A DNA stretch of 30,329 bases from an uncultured Acidobacteriota bacterium (GCA_913043225.1 CAJWLU010000033.1:1-30329); one strand, 5' to 3'. Positions 18,128-27,477 are shown, numbered from the stretch's first letter. Numbers and translations are program-made. Notes: generated from the letters alone by a model not told the origin.

Positions 18128-19197
18128 GTACGGAGCAACCTGACGCAATGCGCATCGCGCTGGTCGGCCCGGTGGCGCAGTCGATCCCGCCGAAGCTCTC
18201 CGGCTCGGTCGAGACGGTCACCGCAATGCTGGCTGACGGCCTCATCGACCGGGGGCACGCGGTCACCCTATTTGCCACCGGCACCTCGCGGACCCGGGCC
18301 TCTCTCGAGGTCGTGTTTCGGGAGGGCTACCACCAGGACACCGACCTCTGGCCCTGGGAGCTGTGCGAGCTCTTCAATCTCGCGGCCGCGATCGAGCGTG
18401 CGACCAGCTTCGACATCATCCATTATCAGGCCGAGTACCAACCGCTCTCGCTGCCCTTCACCCGCCTCTGCCGGGTTCCGCTCCTACAGACGCTGCATCA
18501 CGCCCCGAGCGCAGCTGAGGTGGCTCTCTGGTCGCGGTATGCCGACGCCCCGTTCATCGCGATCTCGGAGACCCAGGCCAGTCTGTTCGGCGATCTCAAC
18601 GTCGCCGGCATCGTGCATCATGCGGTCGACCCCCAACTGTTCACACCTGGATCAGACCGAGAAGACGTCCTCCTGTTCCTGGGGCGTTTCGTCGAAGGCA
18701 AGGGGGTACTCGAAGCCATCGAGGTGGCGCGTCGATCGGACCGCACCCTGCTACTGGCGGCCGCCGAGAACGACTATTACCACGAGGTCGTGGCGCCGCA
18801 GGTTGACGGTGAGCAGATTCGCTATGTGGGAGAAACCGACCAGGCCACTAAAATCGGACTCCTCCAACGCGCTGCGGCGTTGGTCTATCCAGTGCAGAGA
18901 GCCGAGCCCTTCGGCCTCGTGCTGGCCGAGGCGATGATGTGCGGCACCCCGGTCGTTGCTCTCGACCGCGGCGCGGTCGCTGAGCTCATCGAACCCGAGT
19001 GCGGTGCGCTGTGCGACAGCGTCAGCCAGATGGCGGATGCCCTCGCCACTGTTACCGCCCTCGACCGGGCCAGCATCCGGCGGCGCGCGCTCGAGCGGTT
19101 CGGACCAGACCGGATGGTACGGGAGCACGAAGCGGTTTACCAACAGGTCATCGAGACGGCCGCGGCCACCTTACCCGCAGCGTCACCAGCGTCATGA
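18124..19197 (+). CDS. Glycosyltransferase family 4 (AviGT4-like)
   Basis: IPPKLSGSVE, RGHAVTLFA, LFLGRFVEGKG, EPFGLVLAEAMMCGTPVV (E-x7-E); ATGA overlap. Confidence 0.92.
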   Translation: MSTEQPDAMRIALVGPVAQSIPPKLSGSVETVTAMLADGLIDRGHAVTLFATGTSRTRASLEVVFREGYHQDTDLWPWELCELFNLAAAIERATSFDIIHYQAEYQPLSLPFTRLCRVPLLQTLHHAPSAAEVALWSRYADAPFIAISETQASLFGDLNVAGIVHHAVDPQLFTPGSDREDVLLFLGRFVEGKGVLEAIEVARRSDRTLLLAAAENDYYHEVVAPQVDGEQIRYVGETDQATKIGLLQRAAALVYPVQRAEPFGLVLAEAMMCGTPVVALDRGAVAELIEPECGALCDSVSQMADALATVTALDRASIRRRALERFGPDRMVREHEAVYQQVIETAAATLPAASPAS

Positions 19198-19997
19198 ATC
19201 TGGACCTGTCCGAACAGGTCGTGCTGGGCATCTTCGCCCACCCCGACGATGAGTCGATTGCCGCTGGGGGCCTGCTGGCCTGGACCGCCGCGCTGGGCGC
19301 CCGTGTCGTCGTGCTGTCTTTGACCCATGGCGAACAAGGCGGCAGCATCGACCCGGACGCCCCGGCCGGAAGTTTCGCGCTCGGCGAGCTCCGATCCCGC
19401 GAGCTCGAAGCGGCTGGCGAGGCACTGGGCCTCCACGACATCCGGCTCCTGACCCACCCCGACGGCATGCTACCCTGGGTCAACGCCGCCACGCTCGAAC
19501 AGGATGTCCGGCGGGTGATCGAAGAAATACGCGCCCGGGTGGTGGTGACCTTCGACGAAGACGGACTCTACTGGCATCCCGACCACGTCGCCACTCACGA
19601 GCGCGTCACCACCGCCGTGGCCGCGATGGGCGCCGACGCTCCAGCGCTCTACTACGCCTCGACGCCGGCCGGCGCGATGCGGGCGGTCATGAACATGGCC
19701 CTCGACCGGACCGAGCCGGGCGCCCAGCCACCTCGCACAATTCTCGGTGTGGACAACCCCGACGCCTTCGGCTCGCTTGCCCCCAACCCAACCCACGTAC
19801 TCGACACCAGCGAGTTCGCGCGTCGAAAATACAAGGCGCTGCGATGCCACCGGAGCCAGCAGCGGACCTGTGCACTTCCGCATATCAGTGAAGAGGACAC
19901 GCCCCGTCTGCTCGGTATCGAACACTATCGACTGGCGCCACTGGGCACACTCCGAGCAACGTTCCTTGACCGCTTGCGCCTAACTCATTCCCGCTGA
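19194..19997 (+). CDS. PIG-L/LmbE-family N-deacetylase/amidase
   Basis: FAHPDDES, LTHGEQG, RSRELEAA, YWHPDHVATH, ALRCHRSQ; start ATG 19194 overlaps the upstream TGA. Confidence 0.92.
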   Translation: MNLDLSEQVVLGIFAHPDDESIAAGGLLAWTAALGARVVVLSLTHGEQGGSIDPDAPAGSFALGELRSRELEAAGEALGLHDIRLLTHPDGMLPWVNAATLEQDVRRVIEEIRARVVVTFDEDGLYWHPDHVATHERVTTAVAAMGADAPALYYASTPAGAMRAVMNMALDRTEPGAQPPRTILGVDNPDAFGSLAPNPTHVLDTSEFARRKYKALRCHRSQQRTCALPHISEEDTPRLLGIEHYRLAPLGTLRATFLDRLRLTHSR

Positions 19998-21223
19998 TGC
20001 GCCTAGAGCTCCTTTCACGTCTCCGTTGCCCATACTGCGGAACCCCGCTTGAAGTGGCCGACAACGCCGCTCTCGTCCGCCACGGTCAGGAGATAGTCCA
20101 TGCGGTGCTCGGCTGCGAGTGCTGTGCATTTCCCCTCGTCGACCGGATTCCGGTGTTGCGAGCCGACAACGATACACGACAAGCTATCGTGCTTCTCGAA
20201 TCTGGACGGCACGCCGAAGCACTCCACCATCTCCTGGGACTGGCCTCGGACACCGACCGTGGTGCCGCCCTAGCCCACGCTACAAGCTATCGGGCGGCAA
20301 TCGCGGCGCTCGAGCCGGACGGAGAACGTACCTATTTCGTCCACCGATTCGCCGATCCGACCTACCTGGTAGCCGAGGCCATCCTGACCGCACTGGCCGC
20401 CTCGGCGCCGGCCGATGCCCCGTATCTCGACCTTTGTGCCGGCTCCGGTCACATGACCTGGACACTGGATCGTCTTCGGCCATCCAGCGCACCGCCGGCA
20501 CTCATGGCCGACCTACACCTCTGGAAGCTCTGGCTTGCCAGGCGTTTCGTGAGCCCTGGCTCCGACGCGGTCTGCTGTGACGCCGAGGCGCCACTCCCTT
20601 TTGCTGACGACGCGTTCGGTATGGTGCTCTTGGCCGATGCCTTCCCGTATCTCTGGAACAAGCGGCTTGCCGCCGACGAGACGTTGCGGGTTGCCCACCG
20701 GGACGCGCCCATCTACCTCCCACACCTACACAGCGCCTGGGGAGAAAACATCTCGGCCGGCGACACGCTTAGCCCACCCGCCTACCGTCGACTATTCGCG
20801 GCCCGGTCGCCCAGACTGTTCAGCGACCGCCAGCTGCTCGACGGCCTGCTGGACGGCAGCATGCTCGAGCTCGATCGCCCCACCCATCCGCAGGCGCTGC
20901 AGGACGAACCTACCGTCAGCCTGATCGCGGCGCCCGCCGAGACGTTCGTGACCCACCCGGCGCCTGCCCCGGCAGCCATACGGGGACGGCTAGCCGTCAA
21001 CCCGCTCTACGCAACAGACGTTCGTGGGTCAGCAACGGTGCTGACACTCTCGTTCCCGACACTGGAATACGAGGAGGAGTTCGGGGGATGCCGGCGCTAC
21101 CTTCCGGAAGAGCTGACCCTGGAGGCCGACCTTACGGAACGGTTGAATCCCGCGCAGTTTGGCAGCCGCTATGACGAACTCCGCCGGCGACGGGTGCTAC
21201 TGGATCTGCCACCCGCATACTGA
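19997..21223 (+). CDS. Class I SAM methyltransferase with N-terminal Trm112-like/zinc-ribbon domain
   Basis: LRCPYCGTPL...CECCAFPLVDRIPVL; motif I LDLCAGSGH; CCDAEAPLPFADDAF; TGATG overlap. Confidence 0.8.
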   Translation: MRLELLSRLRCPYCGTPLEVADNAALVRHGQEIVHAVLGCECCAFPLVDRIPVLRADNDTRQAIVLLESGRHAEALHHLLGLASDTDRGAALAHATSYRAAIAALEPDGERTYFVHRFADPTYLVAEAILTALAASAPADAPYLDLCAGSGHMTWTLDRLRPSSAPPALMADLHLWKLWLARRFVSPGSDAVCCDAEAPLPFADDAFGMVLLADAFPYLWNKRLAADETLRVAHRDAPIYLPHLHSAWGENISAGDTLSPPAYRRLFAARSPRLFSDRQLLDGLLDGSMLELDRPTHPQALQDEPTVSLIAAPAETFVTHPAPAPAAIRGRLAVNPLYATDVRGSATVLTLSFPTLEYEEEFGGCRRYLPEELTLEADLTERLNPAQFGSRYDELRRRRVLLDLPPAY

Positions 21224-21268
21224 CGCGGCTTAGCCCACGACCACCGGAAAAGACCGCCTGGCGACCGA

Positions 21269-22150
21269 TCACTGCACCTCCAGCACGGCAGTCACCGGAT
21301 AGTGGTCTGACGGAAAACGCCCCTCGTCGTTGTGGACGACGGTCTCCGCTCGGCGCACCAGAATCGGACCATCGACCAGAATCCAGTCCACGCGCTCGGT
21401 CAGATCGGGACGGGGCGGACCGAAGTCGCCATAGGTTGAGCGTGGACCGTGGGTCTCTGCAGCCTCGACCCAGACATCGCGAAGCCCGTGCCCGGTGGCC
21501 ACACGCCAGGTGTCGCTGACCTCGGCGTCGTTGTTGAAATCCCCGAGGACCACGACTGGCGTGCCGGCGGGAAGCGCCGCCACGCGGCCGGCGACCAGCT
21601 CGGCCGAGGCGAGCTGAGGCGCACCCCGTCTGAGGGTGAAATGGGTATTGAAGGCGTAAATCTGCTGGCCCGAAAGCCGATGATGAAAGCGCGCCCAGGT
21701 CACAATCCGGCCGCCACTACGGCGACGGCGCCCGCTCGTCCGGAGCGGTGGAGTATCTGGTGTGTCAGTCAACCAGAAGTTCCCTGACTCGATCGGACTC
21801 AGCTCGGAGTACCGGTAGAAAATAGGGGTGTACTCGCTCAACCCCACGCCGCCGTTGAGCCCCCGATCGATGCCAAGCCAGCGATACTCTGGCAAGGCCG
21901 CCTGCAGATACTCGATCTGGGAATCCAGTGCCTCCTGCATACCGATCAAGTCCGGTGCCGAGGCCCGAATGGTTTCGACGACGAGATCGCGACGGAGCGA
22001 CCACGCATCCTCGCCGTCACGCCCGGCGGCGGTGCGGATGTTGAACGTCATCACGTCGAGTACCGACTGCGCACGGGCCGCAGCGCCGTCCAGCGCAATA
22101 AGCGGGACGACCAGGACCAGAACGACGACCGCGAGGCTACTCCGAAACAT
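21269..22150 (-). CDS. Exported endonuclease/exonuclease/phosphatase (EEP) family protein
   Basis: VMTFNIR, DLIGMQE, NTHF, VLGDFN, VDWILV, SDHYPV; signal peptide ending ARA-QS. Start ATG 22150 or GTG 22159, after the upstream stop at 22164. Confidence 0.9.
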   Translation of the reverse strand: MFRSSLAVVVLVLVVPLIALDGAAARAQSVLDVMTFNIRTAAGRDGEDAWSLRRDLVVETIRASAPDLIGMQEALDSQIEYLQAALPEYRWLGIDRGLNGGVGLSEYTPIFYRYSELSPIESGNFWLTDTPDTPPLRTSGRRRRSGGRIVTWARFHHRLSGQQIYAFNTHFTLRRGAPQLASAELVAGRVAALPAGTPVVVLGDFNNDAEVSDTWRVATGHGLRDVWVEAAETHGPRSTYGDFGPPRPDLTERVDWILVDGPILVRRAETVVHNDEGRFPSDHYPVTAVLEVQ

Positions 22151-22163
22151 CTGTCGCACGTCT

Positions 22164-23801
22164 CTACGGCACCGGGTCACCAAACGCGTCAAGCAGGATC
22201 GGCAGCAGAGTGTCCATCTGCGCGACGACGCCGTTCGACGGCACCAGGCCCTCGGCGAAACCGTGTCGCGTCACGAGCCGATCGAGCACTGCAGGCCGGT
22301 CCGCAATCACGTGAACCGGCACGGCCCAGGTCGCCGCCTCGCCGCTGACCAATGCGGGCGGCTGATGGTCGCCCACCAAGACCATCACAAGTTCCCGGTC
22401 GGCCCGCAAGCGAAGATACCCGCCAACATTAGCGAAGGCGTAGTCCATCGCCGTCAGGTAGCTCGGCCCGAGGTCCAACCAATTCGGCCACGCCGACCAG
22501 GCGGCGTCGAGGTCGGCGGCATCATAAGGCTCGTCAGACAGCACGCGCGCCCAGTCCGGCTGGAACGGCGGCGTGGGCACGAACGGCGCGTGGGTGGTGA
22601 TGGTGGCGAAGAAGGTGAAGACGGGAGGCCTCGGCCAGGCCGCGATCTCCGCCTCGTCCACCCTGGCCAACGCAAACTGGTCGTTGACCGACCACCACCC
22701 GAACGGCGGCCCTCGGTAGTCAATAGCATCGTGATCGTAGATCCGGTCGAACCCGTAGAACGCCCCTTCGGGCCACCCGACCAGCATCCCGGGCATAATG
22801 GCCGTCGTCCGGTAACCTCGCCGCCCGAAGAGCTTGACCATCGTGTCTCGCTCCTGGGCCATCAACCGGGTGTTGGTGCTCTGGTCTCGCACCTCGGTGC
22901 CGGAGAGTAGACTGATATGGGCCAGCCACGACTCTCCGCCGAAGGTCGTCGAATCAACGTACGCCGACACCACGCCGCGGCCCGTCTCCCCGATGTCGGC
23001 GGCCAGCACGGCGCGTCTCGGTGCCAGAGCCTCTGCGAATGCCTGACGCTCCCAGCTCACGGCCCCGTAGGACTCGAGAAAAAACAGGAACACGTCGGCC
23101 CCATCGAGACGGGAGAGATCGGAATCGAGACGCGGCGCCGGCCCCAGATCCCGCAACCCGGTACCGCTTGCTTCATAAGCCAGCTCCGTCAGCTCCCTAG
23201 CGAACACCGGAGCCACCGGCTCGGCCACCCCGATGCCGACTTCGGCACCGCCCACCCGCGCGACCAGGCCCGCCGACACCATCAGCGCCGCCACCACCGC
23301 AATTCCGTCCCTAAGGCGGGGCGTGCGCGCCGCCTCCACCAGGGTGATCCAGGCACGTCTAAACAGGAGATAAGCCAATACCGGTCCGGTAACGGCCGCC
23401 AGGACGACGCCCGCCTTCAGCCACGGATCGGCCACTTCGGCGAACATCGCGCCAACGCTTGGCAGGTGTCTAAGGTCCCAGTACAGGTTAGGGTCACGCC
23501 CGTAGAGGGCACGGCTCGTCACCTCAACATAACGGCCTACGACCAGCGCGAGCCAGAATCCTCCGCCCACCGACGCCACCCGAGGCCAGGGACCATCAAA
23601 CCAGCGCCGGGCCAGGGTCATCAGGAGCACCGCGCCCCACGCCTCGAGGGAGAGCTCGGCGGTCAACCGGATCCCTGGAGTCGGCCAGATGTTCGCAAAG
23701 GTGAGTGAGACGTTCAGCAGGAGTAATGCTGCCGGCACGGACAGCCAACCCAGACCCGACCACCGGGCGGCACGGGTCAGCCAGGTCGCGACGAGGCACA
23801 T
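22164..23801 (-). CDS. Membrane-anchored sulfatase/LtaS-like (alkaline phosphatase superfamily) protein
   Basis: About five N-terminal hydrophobic helices, then FFLESYG, STTFGGESWLAH, TTHAPF, VGDHQP metal-site motifs. Start set at ATG 23801 (TACAAT 6 nt upstream). Confidence 0.8.
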   Translation of the reverse strand: MCLVATWLTRAARWSGLGWLSVPAALLLLNVSLTFANIWPTPGIRLTAELSLEAWGAVLLMTLARRWFDGPWPRVASVGGGFWLALVVGRYVEVTSRALYGRDPNLYWDLRHLPSVGAMFAEVADPWLKAGVVLAAVTGPVLAYLLFRRAWITLVEAARTPRLRDGIAVVAALMVSAGLVARVGGAEVGIGVAEPVAPVFARELTELAYEASGTGLRDLGPAPRLDSDLSRLDGADVFLFFLESYGAVSWERQAFAEALAPRRAVLAADIGETGRGVVSAYVDSTTFGGESWLAHISLLSGTEVRDQSTNTRLMAQERDTMVKLFGRRGYRTTAIMPGMLVGWPEGAFYGFDRIYDHDAIDYRGPPFGWWSVNDQFALARVDEAEIAAWPRPPVFTFFATITTHAPFVPTPPFQPDWARVLSDEPYDAADLDAAWSAWPNWLDLGPSYLTAMDYAFANVGGYLRLRADRELVMVLVGDHQPPALVSGEAATWAVPVHVIADRPAVLDRLVTRHGFAEGLVPSNGVVAQMDTLLPILLDAFGDPVP

Positions 23802-23845
23802 GCCGCCATTGTAACTGGCCGCGGTCGACCACAGAATGGACAAGC

Positions 23846-24604
23846 ATGCTGACGATCGCCGCCGTCCGACGCTCGCTGAGCCTGGCGCGGTCCCTGTTGA
23901 TCTATCACGGGATCCCGCTGCGACAGCGTAGGCTCAGGCGTCTGTATCGCACCTTTGCCGGACCGAATGATCTCGTCTTCGATCTGGGCGCACACGTCGG
24001 GAACCGTACCCGAGCGCTGGTGAGACTGGGCTGCCGTGTGATCGCTCTCGAGCCGCAACCGGATGTCGCGAAACTCCTTCGCTGGATCGTCGGAGACACG
24101 CCGCAGGTCGAGGTAGTCGAAGCGGCCGCGGCCGAGCGGCCCGGGCGGGTACGACTAGCCATCAGTGACCGGGCGCCGACGATGACGACGACGGCGCACG
24201 ACTGGCGCGAGGCGCGCGAACAGGATCCGGTCTTCGCCGAGGTCAGTTGGAACCGCGCCATCGACGTCCCGGCCATCACGTTAGACGAGCTCATCATCCG
24301 TTACGGACGCCCCAGCTTCGTCAAGCTCGACGTCGAAGGGGCCGAGCCGGAGGTACTGGCCGGACTGACCGAGGCCGTTCCGACAGTCTCGTTCGAGTAT
24401 CTGCCTGGGGCCCTCGACTATGCCACAGCCTGCGTAAATCGGCTGTCTGTCCTCGGTCCCTACCGGTACAACTGGTCACCGGGCGAATCCTACTCCCTCG
24501 TCAGCGAGGACTGGCTGACGGCCGAACAACTTCTTGACGCCCTCCGGTCCCCGACTGGACAGGCCCGATCCGGTGACGTCTACGCCAGGCTCGACCATGT
24601 CTGA
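23846..24604 (+). CDS. FkbM-family methyltransferase
   Basis: VFDLGAHVG, IALEPQP, TLDELI, FVKLDVEGAEPEVLAG, SFEY. Confidence 0.92.
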   Translation: MLTIAAVRRSLSLARSLLIYHGIPLRQRRLRRLYRTFAGPNDLVFDLGAHVGNRTRALVRLGCRVIALEPQPDVAKLLRWIVGDTPQVEVVEAAAAERPGRVRLAISDRAPTMTTTAHDWREAREQDPVFAEVSWNRAIDVPAITLDELIIRYGRPSFVKLDVEGAEPEVLAGLTEAVPTVSFEYLPGALDYATACVNRLSVLGPYRYNWSPGESYSLVSEDWLTAEQLLDALRSPTGQARSGDVYARLDHV

Positions 24605-25445
24605 GTTCGATGCGGCGGACGTGAGCCGCTACTACGACCGTCATACCGATGACTTTGTTGCCCACGGCCAGGGGGGTGCGGTGGGCGCGCTACACCGGGC
24701 GGTCTGGGCCCCGGGAATCGAGCGGGAGGCAGATGCGTTCCGCTACATAGAGGAACGTATCGGTGCGGCAACAGCAGAGCTTTCTACGACCTGCGAACCA
24801 CCGACGGTGCTCGACCTCGGCTGTGGCGTGGGCGCCAGCCTCTGCTACCTCGCCGAGCGCCACCCGATCCGTGGCATCGGGCTCACCGTTAGTCCGGTAC
24901 AGGTCGACCATGCGCGCCGCCGCATCGACGCCTGCGGCCTCGGCGATCGGCTCCAGTGCATCGAAGCCGATTTCTTGCGTCCGCCGGACTCTCTGCCACC
25001 CGTCGATCTGGCCTACGCCATCGAATCGTTCGTTCATACCCCCGACCCGAGCGCCTTCTTCGCCACCTGCGCCCGCCTGATCCGACCAGGCGGGCGGCTC
25101 CTCATCTGCGATGATTTCCGCCGACCGACCCCGTCGCCACAAGCGGTCGGTACCGTGGAGCGATTCAGGCGCGGCTGGCACCTGAACAGCCTGGTCGACG
25201 GCAATGAGCTCGTTCGGCTCGCCGACGCCGGCGGCTTCGGCCACGAGCGGACCCACGAACTGACACCCCATCTCCGACTGGGACGCCCTCGCGACCGTCT
25301 GATCGCGCTGTTTATCGCGTTGTTCGGCTGGCTGCCGCTCGACGGTACGCGGGCTGGACACCTCGTCGGCGGCAATGCGCTGCACACCTGTCTCTCCAAG
25401 GGGTGGATCGGCTACGATCTCGCCTACTTCAGGCGCCGGGCCTGA
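24597..25445 (+). CDS. Class I SAM methyltransferase (sterol/tocopherol/CFA-like)
   Basis: VSRYYD, LHRAVW, VLDLGCGVG, GLTVSPVQ, AIESFVH, LIRPGGRLLICD; 8-bp overlap with the FkbM gene. Confidence 0.9.
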   Translation: MSEFDAADVSRYYDRHTDDFVAHGQGGAVGALHRAVWAPGIEREADAFRYIEERIGAATAELSTTCEPPTVLDLGCGVGASLCYLAERHPIRGIGLTVSPVQVDHARRRIDACGLGDRLQCIEADFLRPPDSLPPVDLAYAIESFVHTPDPSAFFATCARLIRPGGRLLICDDFRRPTPSPQAVGTVERFRRGWHLNSLVDGNELVRLADAGGFGHERTHELTPHLRLGRPRDRLIALFIALFGWLPLDGTRAGHLVGGNALHTCLSKGWIGYDLAYFRRRA

Positions 25446-25453
25446 CCACGCTC

Positions 25454-26251
25454 ATGATCACCCGCCCCAGCGTCCAGTGGCAGGACCTGACGACACGCGA
25501 CGTCACCGCCCTCGTCGAACGGGATCCAGTGGTTGTGCTGCCGCTGGCCGCCATCGAGCAACACGGACCGCATCTGCCGCTCTCGACCGATCTGGAGATC
25601 GCGCACGGCCTACTCGACGACGCTATCGCCCGGGTCGGAGCAGAGGCAGCCCTCTCAATCCTGCCCGCCGTCACGGTCGGTACCAGCCGGGAGCACCGGC
25701 AGTTCCCGGGCACGCTCAGCCTTGCTCCGGAACTGCTCATCGAGACCGTATGCCAGCTGGGCGCGGCCGTCGCAGCGACGGGTGTGCGTCGTCTGGTGCT
25801 ATTCAACGCCCACGGTGGGAACGCCGGCGCCATCGACACAGCGGCGCTCCAGCTTAGGGACGAATGGAACCTCCTAGTCGTGAAGGCCGGCTACATGACC
25901 TTCTCGCGGCCAGAAGTGGATCTCCCTGAGTCGGAGTGGCGACATGGACTCCACGGTGGGGCCGTGGAGACCGCGATAATGCGCCATCTCCGACCGGACC
26001 TGGTGCGGGACACCCAGGTCGCTCGATTCGCCTCCAAGGCCGAGGTACTCGAGGAGACGCTTAACCGGCTGGCCCCGGAGGGAGAAGCGTCCTGGGCCTG
26101 GCGCGCCGAGGATCTGCACCCGTCCGGCGCGGTCGGCGACGCCTCGCTCGGCACCGCGGCGCTCGGCGCTACACTCGTCGCCCACTACGGCCAGGTACTG
26201 GCGGAGATCTTCATCGATACGGCGGAATTTCCGGTAGACCAGTTGACCTGA
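25454..26251 (+). CDS. Creatininase/formamide hydrolase (ArfB-like) amidohydrolase
   Basis: LPLAAIEQHGPHLPLSTD, GTSREH, FNAHGGN, LHGGAVETA, GAVGD. Confidence 0.92.
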   Translation: MITRPSVQWQDLTTRDVTALVERDPVVVLPLAAIEQHGPHLPLSTDLEIAHGLLDDAIARVGAEAALSILPAVTVGTSREHRQFPGTLSLAPELLIETVCQLGAAVAATGVRRLVLFNAHGGNAGAIDTAALQLRDEWNLLVVKAGYMTFSRPEVDLPESEWRHGLHGGAVETAIMRHLRPDLVRDTQVARFASKAEVLEETLNRLAPEGEASWAWRAEDLHPSGAVGDASLGTAALGATLVAHYGQVLAEIFIDTAEFPVDQLT

Positions 26252-26267
26252 GGCGGTCGAGGGAAAG

Positions 26268-27437
26268 CTAGGAGCGCTTACCGCGCATCGGTCCGGACAG
26301 CATATCGGTCAACCAGTGGCCGGCGCGGTCGACCTTTGCCTTGACGTACGGCAGGTTGTGCCGATTGAGCGTGCCGTAGAGCGGCTGCCTCTCCGCCACC
26401 TCAATCCCACCGACCTGGAGCGCGCGCACCTTCTCTGGGTTGTTGGTCAGCAGCTGAATCCGCTCGACCTGAAGGTAGCGAAGCATCTCAACCGCTGCGT
26501 CATACCGCCGCTCGTCAGGCCCGAAGCCAAGCGCGCAATCCGCGTCGACCGTGTCCAGACCTTCCTGCTGCAGGGTGTAAGCGCGCAGCTTATTCCCGAG
26601 CCCGATACTACGACCTTCCTGGGCCAGGTAGAGCAGCACGCCGCCGCCGCGCGCCGAGAACACCCGCAGGCTGCCGCGAAGCTGCTGTCCGCAATCACAC
26701 CGCAGGCTGCCGAACAAGTCGCCCGTGAGGCACGCCGAGTGGAGCCGCACCGGCACCGGATCTGGCCACATGTCGCGGGCGCCGATGAGAATCGCCACGT
26801 GCTCCAAAATACCGTTGGCCTCGCGGAAGCAAACAAACCGGGCGTCCTCAGCTTCCTCGAGCGGCACCGGGCCGTCGCTAACGTGGGTCACCTCCACGCG
26901 CGCGTTCGCGGCCAGTGCGGCTATTTGCTCATTCGAGACGGTCAGAATGGTCCGGCTGTCAAGGCGGGACTGCAATCCGTCGTCGAGCGGCTCGCCAAGC
27001 GACACACTTACCACCGCGGGCAACAGCTGCCCGAGTCGCGATAGCGTCAGTCCTGCGATCTCGGGACCTGAGGCGGCGCTCATTTCTACCGGCGCCCCGC
27101 CCTTGCGTGGGAGCCCGCTCGCAAGCCTCCAGATGGACTCCGGTGTCGCATCGACATCGACCAGCAGGCTCACATCGCCCGTGTGGTGTCCGGCCGATCG
27201 ATCGACGTGTCCGGCAGGGGGAGGCGGCGTCAGGCCCATCGAATGAGCCCGGTGGTGAGTTACCGACAGCCGGGTCGGTCCCTCTGAGACCGCCCGCAGT
27301 AGCGATAGGGTCTCATGGGTAAGCCCCTCGGCCGCAGCCAGCAGCACTCCCGAGACCGCACCCTCGGCCTCTCCCGTCACGAGGTGAAGGGGACGCCCGC
27401 GCCGTAGATCGAAAAGACCGCGTTCAGCCTCGTACAT
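26268..27437 (-). CDS. ribA: GTP cyclohydrolase II with degenerate N-terminal (RibB-like) domain
   Basis: VRLHSACLTGDLFGSLRCDCG (three Zn cysteines), YLAQEGRSIGLGNKLRAY, LGFGPDERRY, LLTNNPEK, YVKAKVDRAGH. Confidence 0.9.
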   Translation of the reverse strand: MYEAERGLFDLRRGRPLHLVTGEAEGAVSGVLLAAAEGLTHETLSLLRAVSEGPTRLSVTHHRAHSMGLTPPPPAGHVDRSAGHHTGDVSLLVDVDATPESIWRLASGLPRKGGAPVEMSAASGPEIAGLTLSRLGQLLPAVVSVSLGEPLDDGLQSRLDSRTILTVSNEQIAALAANARVEVTHVSDGPVPLEEAEDARFVCFREANGILEHVAILIGARDMWPDPVPVRLHSACLTGDLFGSLRCDCGQQLRGSLRVFSARGGGVLLYLAQEGRSIGLGNKLRAYTLQQEGLDTVDADCALGFGPDERRYDAAVEMLRYLQVERIQLLTNNPEKVRALQVGGIEVAERQPLYGTLNRHNLPYVKAKVDRAGHWLTDMLSGPMRGKRS

Positions 27438-27453
27438 CAGCTCGACGTCACGT

Positions 27454-27477
27454 TACCGTTATCTGAGACGGTATGGT
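27454..27477. promoter_or_regulatory. Inverted repeat TACCGT-N8-ACGGTA overlapping the -10 box (TATGGT) in the ribA/ribD-like divergent spacer
   Basis: Seen in the 46-bp spacer; TATGGT at 27472-27477 lies 6 nt before GTG 27484. Confidence 0.4.

Noticed and set aside
11402..19997. Bacillithiol (or mycothiol) biosynthesis from GT4 + PIG-L deacetylase near ytxJ and malic enzyme
   Set aside because: The GT4 lacks the BshA N-terminal CYPxxGGSG motif, no cysteine ligase is present, and the genes sit in an export operon.
21828..23708. Long plus-strand ORFs (360 aa and 263 aa)
   Set aside because: Arg/His-rich antisense shadows of the EEP and sulfatase-like genes.
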